From Deltaproteobacteria bacterium (GTDB lineage: Bacteria; Desulfobacterota; Dissulfuribacteria; Dissulfuribacterales; QOAL01): a stretch of DNA of 64,000 bases. The notes beneath the pieces were generated by a model, which saw nothing but the letters and a program-made list of their open reading frames with translations, did no database searches and had not been told where the DNA came from. The position numbers and the translations under genes were made by a program. The stretch is taken from positions 2,810 through 66,809 of the forward strand of contig JALWNK010000023.1 of the NCBI GenBank assembly GCA_026995935.1, given 5' to 3'. Shown one piece after another: positions 19,227 to 27,688 of this stretch (its first letter is position 1; every line of letters starts with the position of its first letter).

Positions 19227-19787
19227 ATGGTAAAAGAAGACAATAACATCGCATGGATACTGGCATTTTTTATTCTCTGCGGCCTTGCTGTAACTGGTTA
19301 TGTGGTTTCTAATCAGCAAAACAGGGAGGCCATAGGCGAAACGAACAAAGCAGTATCCACCTCCATGCAGAAAAGCAAAAAGAAGTTCGTGAAACATACG
19401 CGAAAAATAAATGTTCGAAAAAGTCCAGCAAGAATTCATAAAAGAGTGATCAGCACTGCGGCCCCGAGGCACGCTCTATATTATCCGGCCCAGCCAAGAT
19501 ATTCGAGTTACACAAGGGACCTTGCCGAATGCAGGATGTACGCCCAACAGGTGGCAGGATACACCCCTGAACAGACCGTAAAGGGCGGCCTCATTGGTGG
19601 CGCGGTGGGCGCTGCCGCTGGCGCTGCAATTGGGGCCGTACTTGGCCATGCAGGAAAGGGTGCCGCAATTGGTGCGGCCGCTGGCGGAATAGGTGCAGGA
19701 ACCTACTCTGCCATAAGTGCAGAGAGAAAGTACAAAAAGGCCTATGCCAGGTGCATGAGGCAGAGGGGTTACAGAGTCTTAAATTAA
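19227..19787 (+). CDS. membrane-anchored glycine-zipper protein
   Basis: Start moved to 19227 (RBS AAGGAGG; the 19206 start would lie inside the terminator). One N-terminal TM. C-terminal GGLIGGAVGAAAGAAIGAVLGHAGKGAAIGAAAGGIGAG glycine zipper, followed by the conserved-looking YKKAYARCMRQRGYRV. Confidence 0.65.
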   Translation: MVKEDNNIAWILAFFILCGLAVTGYVVSNQQNREAIGETNKAVSTSMQKSKKKFVKHTRKINVRKSPARIHKRVISTAAPRHALYYPAQPRYSSYTRDLAECRMYAQQVAGYTPEQTVKGGLIGGAVGAAAGAAIGAVLGHAGKGAAIGAAAGGIGAGTYSAISAERKYKKAYARCMRQRGYRVLN

Positions 19788-19845
19788 GGGTGCTCGCTAA
19801 GGGCTCTCATTGCCTGTTTGTTTTTACCTGGTACCGTTGTTGTTG

Positions 19846-20916
19846 CTATATGGCCTCATTGCCTGGGCTTACCGCTGCCTGGTCGAATGTGGCCATCTCC
19901 TTGTATATCTTGACCCCCGCCTCGATAATGCCCATGGCCAGAACGGCTCCTGTGCCTTCTCCAAGCCTCATATTGAGGTCAAGAATGGGCTTGTGTCCAA
20001 GGTATTCCATCTGCACCTTGTGCCCCTTTTCAACCGAGGAGTGGCCGCAAAAGATATGGTCTGAGACTAGGGGAGAGAGGGCCTGGGCCAAAACTGCACC
20101 TGCTCCGGAAATAAAGCCGTCCACCACAACTGGCACCTTTTTCTGGCATGCCTTTAGTATCATCCCGCATATCCCGGCTATTTCAAGGCCTCCCACCTTG
20201 GACAGGCAGTCAAGAGGGTCATCACTTCTTGGACGGTTTACCTCAAGTGCCCTTTCAATGAGCTGAATCTTTTTTTCAAAGGCGGCCTTGTCGATCCCAG
20301 TGCCCCGCCCTGTAACCTCCCTGGGAGATTTGTTACAGATGGCAGCGGTGATGGCGCTTGCAGGTGTTGTGTTTCCTATGCCCATCTCGCCAGTGGCAAG
20401 TATGTTTTTACCTTGATTTATGACCTCCTCTGCCACCTCTGCCCCAGAGAGTATGGCCCTGACCGCCTCCTCCCTGGTCATGGCAGGGCCCCTGGCCATG
20501 TTCTTGGTCCCCCTTGCCACCTTTTTGTGCAAAAGCCCATCAACCCCCGTAAGGTCATGGTCTACTCCAATGTCTATGACTTTTACGTCTGCTCCAACGT
20601 GCCGGGCAAGCACGTTTATGCCAGCGCCCCCGTTCAGGAAGTTTTTTACCATCTGATAAGTTACGTCCTTTGGAAAGGCACTGACCCCTTCCTCTGTGAT
20701 TCCATGGTCGCCTGCAAAGACAAGGACGGCCTTTTCAAGGTCCCCTGGATAAGACGTGCCTGTTATAAGGCAGTATCTGAGGGCAAACTCCTCAAGCCTT
20801 CCAAGGCTGCCCTTTGGCTTGGTAAGGTTGTCAAGGCGGGAAAGGACGGTATTTTCCAGGCTTCTGTCAACTGGTGCAACTGAAGAGACGAGTTCGTCAA
20901 GGAGCCTTTCTTTCAT
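19846..20916 (-). CDS. cobT: nicotinate-nucleotide--dimethylbenzimidazole phosphoribosyltransferase
   Basis: 356 aa. [27 protein letters not shown] and [14 protein letters not shown] are hallmark CobT strings. Confidence 0.92.
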   Translation of the reverse strand: MKERLLDELVSSVAPVDRSLENTVLSRLDNLTKPKGSLGRLEEFALRYCLITGTSYPGDLEKAVLVFAGDHGITEEGVSAFPKDVTYQMVKNFLNGGAGINVLARHVGADVKVIDIGVDHDLTGVDGLLHKKVARGTKNMARGPAMTREEAVRAILSGAEVAEEVINQGKNILATGEMGIGNTTPASAITAAICNKSPREVTGRGTGIDKAAFEKKIQLIERALEVNRPRSDDPLDCLSKVGGLEIAGICGMILKACQKKVPVVVDGFISGAGAVLAQALSPLVSDHIFCGHSSVEKGHKVQMEYLGHKPILDLNMRLGEGTGAVLAMGIIEAGVKIYKEMATFDQAAVSPGNEAI

Positions 20917-20953
20917 ATTTGTTCACCCTCGGCTGCGATTTTTTATCAAGTAT

Positions 20954-21523
20954 TCATGAGTCCTGGCCCTTTATGACCATCGGGATTCCAGCGGCCATAA
21001 ATATAACCCTGGTTGCCAGGCGTGCAAATCTTTGATTTATGAGACCGAGGGTGTCCCTGAACCTTCTGGCTACCTTGTTTTCAGGCACTATGCCAAGGCC
21101 CACCTCACCTGAGACGAGAAAAACCGGACACTTGCAGTTTGTTAAGGCATTTTCAAGGTCTTCTACCAGCTCTTGGATTTTTTCCGGACATCTATACAGC
21201 ATATTTGAGGCCCACATGGTCAGACAGTCTATAACGGTAACGTCAAAACGGTGGGCGTGCCTTGAAAGACATTGTCCAAGGTTTATCCCTTCCTCAACAC
21301 TGTGCCACATATGGCCGCGTTCCCTCCTGTGGGCATCCACCCGTTCCTGCATCTCCTTGTCCATTACCGTAGCTGTTGCAATAAAAAGGGCCCGAGGCTC
21401 GTCTCTATCCTTCTTTATTTCTCTTTGAGCAAGTTTGAGGGCATAGGCGCTTTTACCACTTCTTGCACCGCCAAGGACGAGAGTGTGGCCTTGCGTCTTT
21501 TGGGGCCTGGTTTCGTCCATCAA
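20954..21523 (-). CDS. cobU: adenosylcobinamide kinase / adenosylcobinamide-phosphate guanylyltransferase
   Basis: 189 aa. P-loop LGGARSGKS, plus HRRERG...W and SGEVGLGIVPEN typical of CobU/CobP. Confidence 0.9.
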   Translation of the reverse strand: MMDETRPQKTQGHTLVLGGARSGKSAYALKLAQREIKKDRDEPRALFIATATVMDKEMQERVDAHRRERGHMWHSVEEGINLGQCLSRHAHRFDVTVIDCLTMWASNMLYRCPEKIQELVEDLENALTNCKCPVFLVSGEVGLGIVPENKVARRFRDTLGLINQRFARLATRVIFMAAGIPMVIKGQDS

Positions 21524-21765
21524 AAGCTTCTGATCCTTCCGCAGTCCGGGCAGACCCAGGTTGCGCCGTTACTCAGACCCCACATGTTTTCCCTAAGGCA
21601 TGAGTCACATATCTGGAATCCACAGGGGCAGTTCCAGCAAAAGGGCATCTCCTTCTTGCAGCAGTGGCAAAAATACCTGGCCCTTTTACCCCACCTGGAT
21701 TTTCTCTTGGGATGAGTGTCGCCAAAACGGCCTTTGGGCTTCTCCTCAGCCATTTTGATTGTCAC
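21520..21765 (-). CDS. small basic Cys-rich (putative zinc-binding) protein
   Basis: 81-aa ORF that fills the kinase-cobU gap. It overlaps the kinase stop (or starts at Met5, 21753) and overlaps the cobU start by 4 nt. Cys pattern CxCC-x6-CxxCxC-x4-CxxC-x15-CxxC after a K/R-rich N-terminus. No family recognised. Confidence 0.5.
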   Translation of the reverse strand: MTIKMAEEKPKGRFGDTHPKRKSRWGKRARYFCHCCKKEMPFCWNCPCGFQICDSCLRENMWGLSNGATWVCPDCGRIRSF

Positions 21766-23311
21766 TTTTATTAATGGGCAGGTGAATGATCATTACGGTT
21801 TCCATGCCGGCATCTATGAAGCGTTTTTCCTTGGGAGGGGACTGGGCCTCAATGTAGCCGCCATGATCCTTAATTATTCCAAATGAGACGGACAGTCCTA
21901 GGCCGGTCCCTTTACCAACGCTTTTGGTGGTAAAGAATGGATCAAATATCTTGTTCTGGATTTCTGGGGGAATGCCTGTTCCAGTATCGCCAATGATTAC
22001 CCTTATCTCCTTTGCCTTCTTGTCATATTCCGTCCAGATTCCAATGATGCCCTCGTTTTCAATGGCATGATGGGCGTTATTAAGGAGATTTATTATGACC
22101 TGTCTCAGCTTTTCCTTTTTACCCTTAAAATGGGGAATATCCTTGGAAAGGTTCTTGTTCACATAGATCCTGTCCATGTTCAGGGAGTGTTCCGTTACGG
22201 CTAATACCTCGTTTATACACTCGTTTATATCCACTTCAGAAACCTCTGAATCGGAGCTTGACCGGGAAAACTTGAGGAGATCGCCCACTATCCTTTTACA
22301 GATCTTTGTCTGTTTTTCTATTATTTTGAGGGATTCTAGGGCATCTGGGTTGTCCTCAAAATCTTCCTCAAGAAGCTGTGCGTAGCCAAGAATGATTCCC
22401 AGGGGCGTATTGATCTCATGGGCCACCCCTGCTGCCAACTGACCCACAGATGCCATCTTTTCAGACTGGATTAGGCTTTCTGTAACCTGTTTCATCTTGG
22501 TGATGTCTTTTCCTATGCCTTCACACCCTTTGATGTTGCCGTTTTCGTCCTTCATAACGGATATGGTTAGGATGACGTTACGGGTTGAGCCATCTGTTCT
22601 GACCAGCTCAGCCTCAATATCCTTTATGTGGCCCATCCTACATATCTCATCCCTGAACATTTCCCACTGTTTTTCATCCTTGAAAAATTCCTTAAAGGAT
22701 CTACCTATCACCTCTTCCCTTGATTTAAAGCCAAGAAGTTCAACACCACTGGGGTTGATGTCTTCTATCTGGTGATCCTTGTTACAGAAAAAGATCATGT
22801 CCTTTGAACCTTCGAAAAGGCCCCTGAACTTCTTTTCCGACTGTCTAAGCTCCTTTGTGCGCTCCTCAACCATCTGTTCAAGGTTCTGGTTCAGGCGTCT
22901 CAGGGCCTCCTGGGCCTTCTGTAGCCTTATGTTGGCTTCGTAAAGGGCCTCTGCATCATGTTTTACCCTGTCGATGACGCTGCGGACATTGGAATAATAA
23001 AAGGTCAGCACCGCCACAGATGTAAAGGTTATTGTGTTCAGCCCGCCAGAAAAAGGGGCAATACTTTTCCATATGGCCCTCTCCCCCATATATAGGAGTA
23101 TGAAGCGCACCGTGTGCCCCACGCCCCGGGATACGGCAAGGGCGACAAGTGCCATGCTGAACCAGAACATGTAGGTCCACAGAACACTTTTGGGCTGAAG
23201 AATGGTTAAACGCCTGGCATAAAAAAAGGCGATGAGTGAAAAGACCACCATCAAAAGTGCGCCTATAAAGTCAACCACGTAGACTGGAAAGAGTGGGAGG
23301 GATTCTAACAT
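21746..23311 (-). CDS. membrane PAS-domain sensor histidine kinase
   Basis: 521 aa. About 5 N-terminal TM helices, a coiled coil and a PAS domain (FEGSKDMIFFCNKDHQIEDINPSG...). H-box AAGVAHEINTPL. HATPase (GKGTGLGLSVSFGIIKDHGG). Confidence 0.9.
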   Translation of the reverse strand: MLESLPLFPVYVVDFIGALLMVVFSLIAFFYARRLTILQPKSVLWTYMFWFSMALVALAVSRGVGHTVRFILLYMGERAIWKSIAPFSGGLNTITFTSVAVLTFYYSNVRSVIDRVKHDAEALYEANIRLQKAQEALRRLNQNLEQMVEERTKELRQSEKKFRGLFEGSKDMIFFCNKDHQIEDINPSGVELLGFKSREEVIGRSFKEFFKDEKQWEMFRDEICRMGHIKDIEAELVRTDGSTRNVILTISVMKDENGNIKGCEGIGKDITKMKQVTESLIQSEKMASVGQLAAGVAHEINTPLGIILGYAQLLEEDFEDNPDALESLKIIEKQTKICKRIVGDLLKFSRSSSDSEVSEVDINECINEVLAVTEHSLNMDRIYVNKNLSKDIPHFKGKKEKLRQVIINLLNNAHHAIENEGIIGIWTEYDKKAKEIRVIIGDTGTGIPPEIQNKIFDPFFTTKSVGKGTGLGLSVSFGIIKDHGGYIEAQSPPKEKRFIDAGMETVMIIHLPINKSDNQNG

Positions 23312-23318
23312 GATTCCA

Positions 23319-23816
23319 TCAAATCAAGCGGCCTTCTGATCCAGCCGTATTGAGTTCTTTTTCAACCCGTTTGCAAAAATCCTTGAGGCTCATGGCTAGA
23401 CAGTACATGGCGGGAACGCACAGGAAGTGATCGAACTTTCCAAAATAAAACATTAGCCTTTCAAGGTCAAAGGGCCCCTTTAGCCTTGTGTGGATAAGGT
23501 GGTTTCCAGTAACTATGGCCTCCTTGGGAAGCCTTACAGACAGAATGTGGACCATGAATGTGTCGAGGTTCCAAATAAGCCAGAAAAAAATGGAAACCTT
23601 GAAATATTTCCATGCAGGGCTGCTGTCCAGGGGATACTTATGAAGGATATATATGAGAAAAATCAAGGCAGAGGTGAAGAATATATGGCCCATTATGTGC
23701 ACCATAAAGCCTTCAGGTGGCCCGTGGACCTGAACCGCCAGGGCATTAGAAGGCAAAAAAAGTAGAACCAACAGGAATACGCCCGTGATATTTGCGAGAT
23801 ACCTTTTAGGTTTCAT
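23319..23816 (-). CDS. small integral membrane protein, unknown function
   Basis: Start chosen at 23816 (MKPKRYL..., RBS AGGTGA) rather than 23843, because the extended -10 at 23851-23859 would place the TSS near 23844. Signal-like N-terminus plus 3-4 hydrophobic helices. 7 nt upstream of the kinase gene. Confidence 0.6.
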   Translation of the reverse strand: MKPKRYLANITGVFLLVLLFLPSNALAVQVHGPPEGFMVHIMGHIFFTSALIFLIYILHKYPLDSSPAWKYFKVSIFFWLIWNLDTFMVHILSVRLPKEAIVTGNHLIHTRLKGPFDLERLMFYFGKFDHFLCVPAMYCLAMSLKDFCKRVEKELNTAGSEGRLI

Positions 23817-23850
23817 GTTTTCACCTGAACTGAAATTCTTCACTTGGAAG

Positions 23851-23859
23851 ATTATACCA
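23851..23859 (-). promoter_or_regulatory. extended -10 promoter element TGGTATAAT
   Basis: The minus strand reads TG-G-TATAAT (extended -10 consensus TGnTATAAT), about 35 nt upstream of the ATG at 23816. Confidence 0.4.
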
Positions 23860-23951
23860 TAAACAGCCCGGTTAGAAAAATCACAAAGAATAGGAGTGCT
23901 GACTTTTGCGGCCTGAACCTTTCGAACAGTCTGTTATTTCCGTACAGGGAA

Positions 23952-25271
23952 TCAGCTCCCCTTCAGTGATTTTCTCTTGGCAAGGATCTTCCTCCACTTG
24001 TCCAGCCTGTCCTTAATAACCTTTTCATAACCCCTCGTAGTTGGCTTGTAATAGATACGGTTTCTTAACTCAGAAGGCATGTGCTCCTGTTCAGCAATGG
24101 CGTCTCTGTAGTTGTGGGCGTACTTGTAACCCTTTCCGTAACCAAGTTCCTTCATGAGCCTGGTAGGGGCATTTCTTATGTGAAGGGGCACAGGAAGGGT
24201 GCCAAACTTTTGCACGTCTGCCATGGCCTCACCAAAGGCCGTATAGATTGCGTTGCTCTTGGGCGCAGTTGCAAGATAAAGGGCAGCCTGGGCAAGGGCC
24301 AGCTCGCCCTCTGGCTTCCCTAGAAAGTCAAAGGCGCTCAGGGCGTTAAGTGCAACTGTAAGCGCCTGGGGGTCTGCGTTTCCCACGTCCTCGCTTGCAA
24401 ATCGAACCATCCTTCTTGCAACGTAGTGGGGATCTTCCCCTGCAGCAAGCATCCGTGCAAGCCAGTAAAGGGCCGCATCAGGGTCACTTCCCCTAAGGGA
24501 CTTGTGGAAGGCGGAGATTATGTTGAAGTGCTCCTCGCCCTTCTTGTCGTAACGAAGGAGCCTTTGCTGAATCGCCTCTTCAACGGTCTCAAGGGTAATG
24601 CGCCCTCCTTTGCCATCAGGAGCCTGGGATACGGCAAGCTCTGCGCTGAGTTCCAGGAAGTTCAGAAGGCTTCTTGCATCTCCGTCGGCCTTTTCCACAA
24701 GAAGTTCGCAGGCCTCCTTTTCAATGGAAAGCCCAAGTGCTCCAAGGCCCCGCTCCCTGTCTGTAAGGGCTCTGTCAATGATGGTCAAAAGGGCCTCTTT
24801 GTCCAGGGCGTTCAGGGTGAGGACCTGGCAGCGGGAAAGGAGGGGAGAGATGATCTCAAAGGACGGGTTCTCGGTTGTGGCACCAATGAGGGTAATAAGC
24901 CCTGACTCTACGTGGGGGAGAAAGGCATCCTGCTGGGCCTTGTTGAAGCGGTGAATCTCGTCCACAAAGAGCACGGTCCTTGGCCCCCCCATCTTTTTGG
25001 CGTCTTTTGCCTCCTGGATGATTGCCCTGAGCTCTGGTATGCCAGAAAGGACGGCAGAGAAACTCACAAAGTTTGCATCCACCATGCTTGCAAGGAGCCT
25101 TGCCAGGGTGGTCTTGCCGCACCCAGGAGGGCCCCAAAGTATCAGGGAGGGAAGGGTGCCCCTGGATAGCAAGGTGTGAAGTATCTTGTTAGGGCCAAGG
25201 AGATGGTCCTGCCCTACGAACTCCTCTAAGGTTCTTGGCCTGAGTCTTTCTGCCAGGGGGACGTGCTTCAT
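23952..25271 (-). CDS. rarA: replication-associated recombination protein A (AAA+ ATPase)
   Basis: 439 aa. LAERLRPRTLEEFVGQDHL, Walker A GPPGCGKTT, VLFVDEIHRFNKAQQD and a MgsA-type C-terminal domain. Confidence 0.92.
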   Translation of the reverse strand: MKHVPLAERLRPRTLEEFVGQDHLLGPNKILHTLLSRGTLPSLILWGPPGCGKTTLARLLASMVDANFVSFSAVLSGIPELRAIIQEAKDAKKMGGPRTVLFVDEIHRFNKAQQDAFLPHVESGLITLIGATTENPSFEIISPLLSRCQVLTLNALDKEALLTIIDRALTDRERGLGALGLSIEKEACELLVEKADGDARSLLNFLELSAELAVSQAPDGKGGRITLETVEEAIQQRLLRYDKKGEEHFNIISAFHKSLRGSDPDAALYWLARMLAAGEDPHYVARRMVRFASEDVGNADPQALTVALNALSAFDFLGKPEGELALAQAALYLATAPKSNAIYTAFGEAMADVQKFGTLPVPLHIRNAPTRLMKELGYGKGYKYAHNYRDAIAEQEHMPSELRNRIYYKPTTRGYEKVIKDRLDKWRKILAKRKSLKGS

Positions 25272-26782
25272 TCTTTGTCTTCGTCTTCCTCAGGTGTGTA
25301 AAGCATGTATTCGTAATGCCATGGGAACTTGGCAAAGAGAGCGGCCACTATTATGGAGAAAAGCATCCAGTTTATGCCTATCATGGCAAGTGAGAACCAC
25401 GGGTAGTTTCCATAGGGCGCCTTGAATTCAGCCACCAAGTCCCCTATTACAATAATAATCAGTATGGCTGGGACAAAAAAGCGTATTATGTTATCCCATA
25501 TCTTTGGCATTTTTATAGAACTGGTCTTGTTTATGTGCCTTCTAAGTCTTTCTATGTCGAAGATCCATGCGCCAATGATGCATTCTGCTATTCCCACCAC
25601 TACAAGGCCATAGTGGGTGATGAAGTGGTCAACGATGTCCAGCCAGTAAAGGCCAGCGTTGGTAGTAAAAATCATTGAGCCAAGAAAGCCAACTGCGCAG
25701 ACAGCCGATACAACGAATCCCCTGTCCAGATTGAACTTGTCTATTACCGCAGAGGTAAAGGCCTCAAGTATTGAAATGGAGGAGGAAAGGCCCGCCACCA
25801 CAAGGCTCAAAAAGAAGATAAGCCCAAAGAAATTCCCGCCAGGCATTATGCTAAGGGCCTGGGGATAGGCGACAAAGGCAAGGCCTATGCTTTCTGTAAC
25901 CACCTTTGAAATGGGAAGTCCCTTTGCGTGGGCCATGAAGCCCAGGACTGCAAATACTCCAAGACCTGCCACAATTGCAAAGAGGCTGTCCATTGTTGCA
26001 GTCCAGATGGCGTTTCTGCTTATGTCAGCCTGTCTTGGAAGGTAGCTCGCATAGGCGATCATTATTCCAAATCCCAGAGAGAGGCTGAAAAATATCTGGC
26101 TGTAGGCGTCTATCCACACACCAATGGAACTAATCTTTTGAAAGTCGGGCTTGAGATATGCAATTACACCGTCCAGTGCGCCATCCAGGGTAAGTGCCCA
26201 GAATACCAGGAAGATGGTAAGGAAAAAGAGAAGGGGCATGAATATCTTGTTGGCAAGCTCAATGCCCTTTCCTATGCCCCTGAACACGATCAACCAGTTC
26301 AGGAACCAGATGGCCGCAGTTGAAAGGAGTACCTTGGTGTTTACCCCGCCAATTTCCATGGGTGTCTTTGGAAGTTTCAGGAACTCCTTAAAGAAAAAGG
26401 TGTTTGGGTCACTTCCCCAGGCAAAGGAAAGTGAATATATGGTGTAATTCAGGCACCAGGCAACTATTACGCAGTAATAAAGGACGATGCCAAACATGAC
26501 AAAGGTTACAGGCCACCATCCAAAGAACTCCGCCTTCCTGCTTATCTTGGCAAAGGCTAAGGGGGCAGAGCCTGTCCGTTCGTGGCCAAGGCCAAATTCA
26601 AGGACAAGAAGCGGTATCCCGCAGGTAATAAGTGCAACCACATAGGGGATAAGGAATGCCCCACCTCCGTGTTCGTACGCCATGTAACTGAAACGCCAGA
26701 TATTCCCAAGACCAACTGCAGAACCAACCGCCGCAAACAAAAAACCTATTTGGCTATTCCACTGATCCCTGTTTGCTGCCAT
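25268..26782 (-). CDS. sodium-dependent transporter, NSS/SNF family
   Basis: 504 aa. N-terminal RDQWNSQIGFLFAAVGSAVGLGNIWRFSY signature of the neurotransmitter:sodium symporter family. About 11-12 TM helices. 4-nt overlap with the rarA start. Confidence 0.9.
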   Translation of the reverse strand: MAANRDQWNSQIGFLFAAVGSAVGLGNIWRFSYMAYEHGGGAFLIPYVVALITCGIPLLVLEFGLGHERTGSAPLAFAKISRKAEFFGWWPVTFVMFGIVLYYCVIVAWCLNYTIYSLSFAWGSDPNTFFFKEFLKLPKTPMEIGGVNTKVLLSTAAIWFLNWLIVFRGIGKGIELANKIFMPLLFFLTIFLVFWALTLDGALDGVIAYLKPDFQKISSIGVWIDAYSQIFFSLSLGFGIMIAYASYLPRQADISRNAIWTATMDSLFAIVAGLGVFAVLGFMAHAKGLPISKVVTESIGLAFVAYPQALSIMPGGNFFGLIFFLSLVVAGLSSSISILEAFTSAVIDKFNLDRGFVVSAVCAVGFLGSMIFTTNAGLYWLDIVDHFITHYGLVVVGIAECIIGAWIFDIERLRRHINKTSSIKMPKIWDNIIRFFVPAILIIIVIGDLVAEFKAPYGNYPWFSLAMIGINWMLFSIIVAALFAKFPWHYEYMLYTPEEDEDKE

Positions 26783-27007
26783 CTTTCCCCCTTATTTTCT
26801 TATGGAAGTAAAAAAAAGCAAAAGGCCCAATTTTTTTTATCGACTTGATGGGCGATTATCCCATATTGACTGTAGCCTTTCAATGGATTTGGGGGCAGGT
26901 GACTGCAAGCCATTGGCAGATTGCCTTTTTACCTCAAACGTCATATTTGACAGGTTAAAGTCGATAATGATATCGTATTACAAAAAAAATATCGATGAGA
27001 GAATGTC

Positions 27008-27214
27008 ATGCAAACAGTAACACTATCGCCCAAATTCCAGGTCGTTATACCAAAACCAGTTAGAGAAACCTTGCGGCTTAAACCCGGTCAGAAGATGCAT
27101 GTTTTAGAATATGAAGGCAGGATAGAGCTAATTCCTGATAGGGATATGGAGGAACTTCGGGGCTTTTTGAAGGGTATCAATACAGAGCTGAAAAGAGAGG
27201 ACGACCGGTTATGA
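27008..27214 (+). CDS. AbrB/MazE/SpoVT-fold antitoxin (VapB-like)
   Basis: 68 aa. VTLSPKFQVVIPKPVRETLRLKPGQKMHVLEYEGRIELIP is a typical looped-hinge-helix antitoxin motif. 4-nt overlap with the PIN gene. Confidence 0.8.
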   Translation: MQTVTLSPKFQVVIPKPVRETLRLKPGQKMHVLEYEGRIELIPDRDMEELRGFLKGINTELKREDDRL

Positions 27215-27582
27215 ATGTTGTGGATTCTTCTGGTTGGCTTGCATATTTTGCAGATGAACCAGAGGCGAAATATTTTCAAAAACAGCTTTGCGCCACCTCT
27301 ACCCTGATCGTTCCAACAATATCAATTTATGAGGTCTTCAAGGTGTTGTTGCGTGAAACCACAGAAAATGAAGCCCTGCAGGCTGTTGCCGCAATGCAAA
27401 AGGGTATGGTCATAGATCTTACTACCCCACTTGCCATGACTGCTTCAAAGCTCAGCATGGCATACAGCCTCCCCATGGCCGATAGTATCATCCTTGCAAC
27501 AGCAAGAAGGTATAATGCCACCGTCTGGACCATGGATTCGGACTTTAAGGGTATTAAGGGTGTGAGGTATTTTGGAAAGTAG
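27211..27582 (+). CDS. vapC: PIN-domain toxin (VapC-like ribonuclease)
   Basis: 123 aa. Acidic PIN residues in the expected order (VVDSSGW..., ...YEV..., ...MADSIILATA..., ...WTMDSDF). Confidence 0.85.
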   Translation: MNVVDSSGWLAYFADEPEAKYFQKQLCATSTLIVPTISIYEVFKVLLRETTENEALQAVAAMQKGMVIDLTTPLAMTASKLSMAYSLPMADSIILATARRYNATVWTMDSDFKGIKGVRYFGK

Positions 27583-27688
27583 TAAAGGGTTTCCAACAAG
27601 TTGCACGTGAGCGTCTGTCCTGCCGGCCTTAAGACCATTGGCAGAAAAAGTGGACAAGTAGAGGCGTATTTCCTAAAAAGGAGACACC

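Noticed and set aside
26802-27020. 72-aa ORF in the NSS/vapB intergenic region.
   Set aside because: It has no RBS and no recognisable motif, and it overlaps the vapB start. The region more plausibly holds the divergent promoters.
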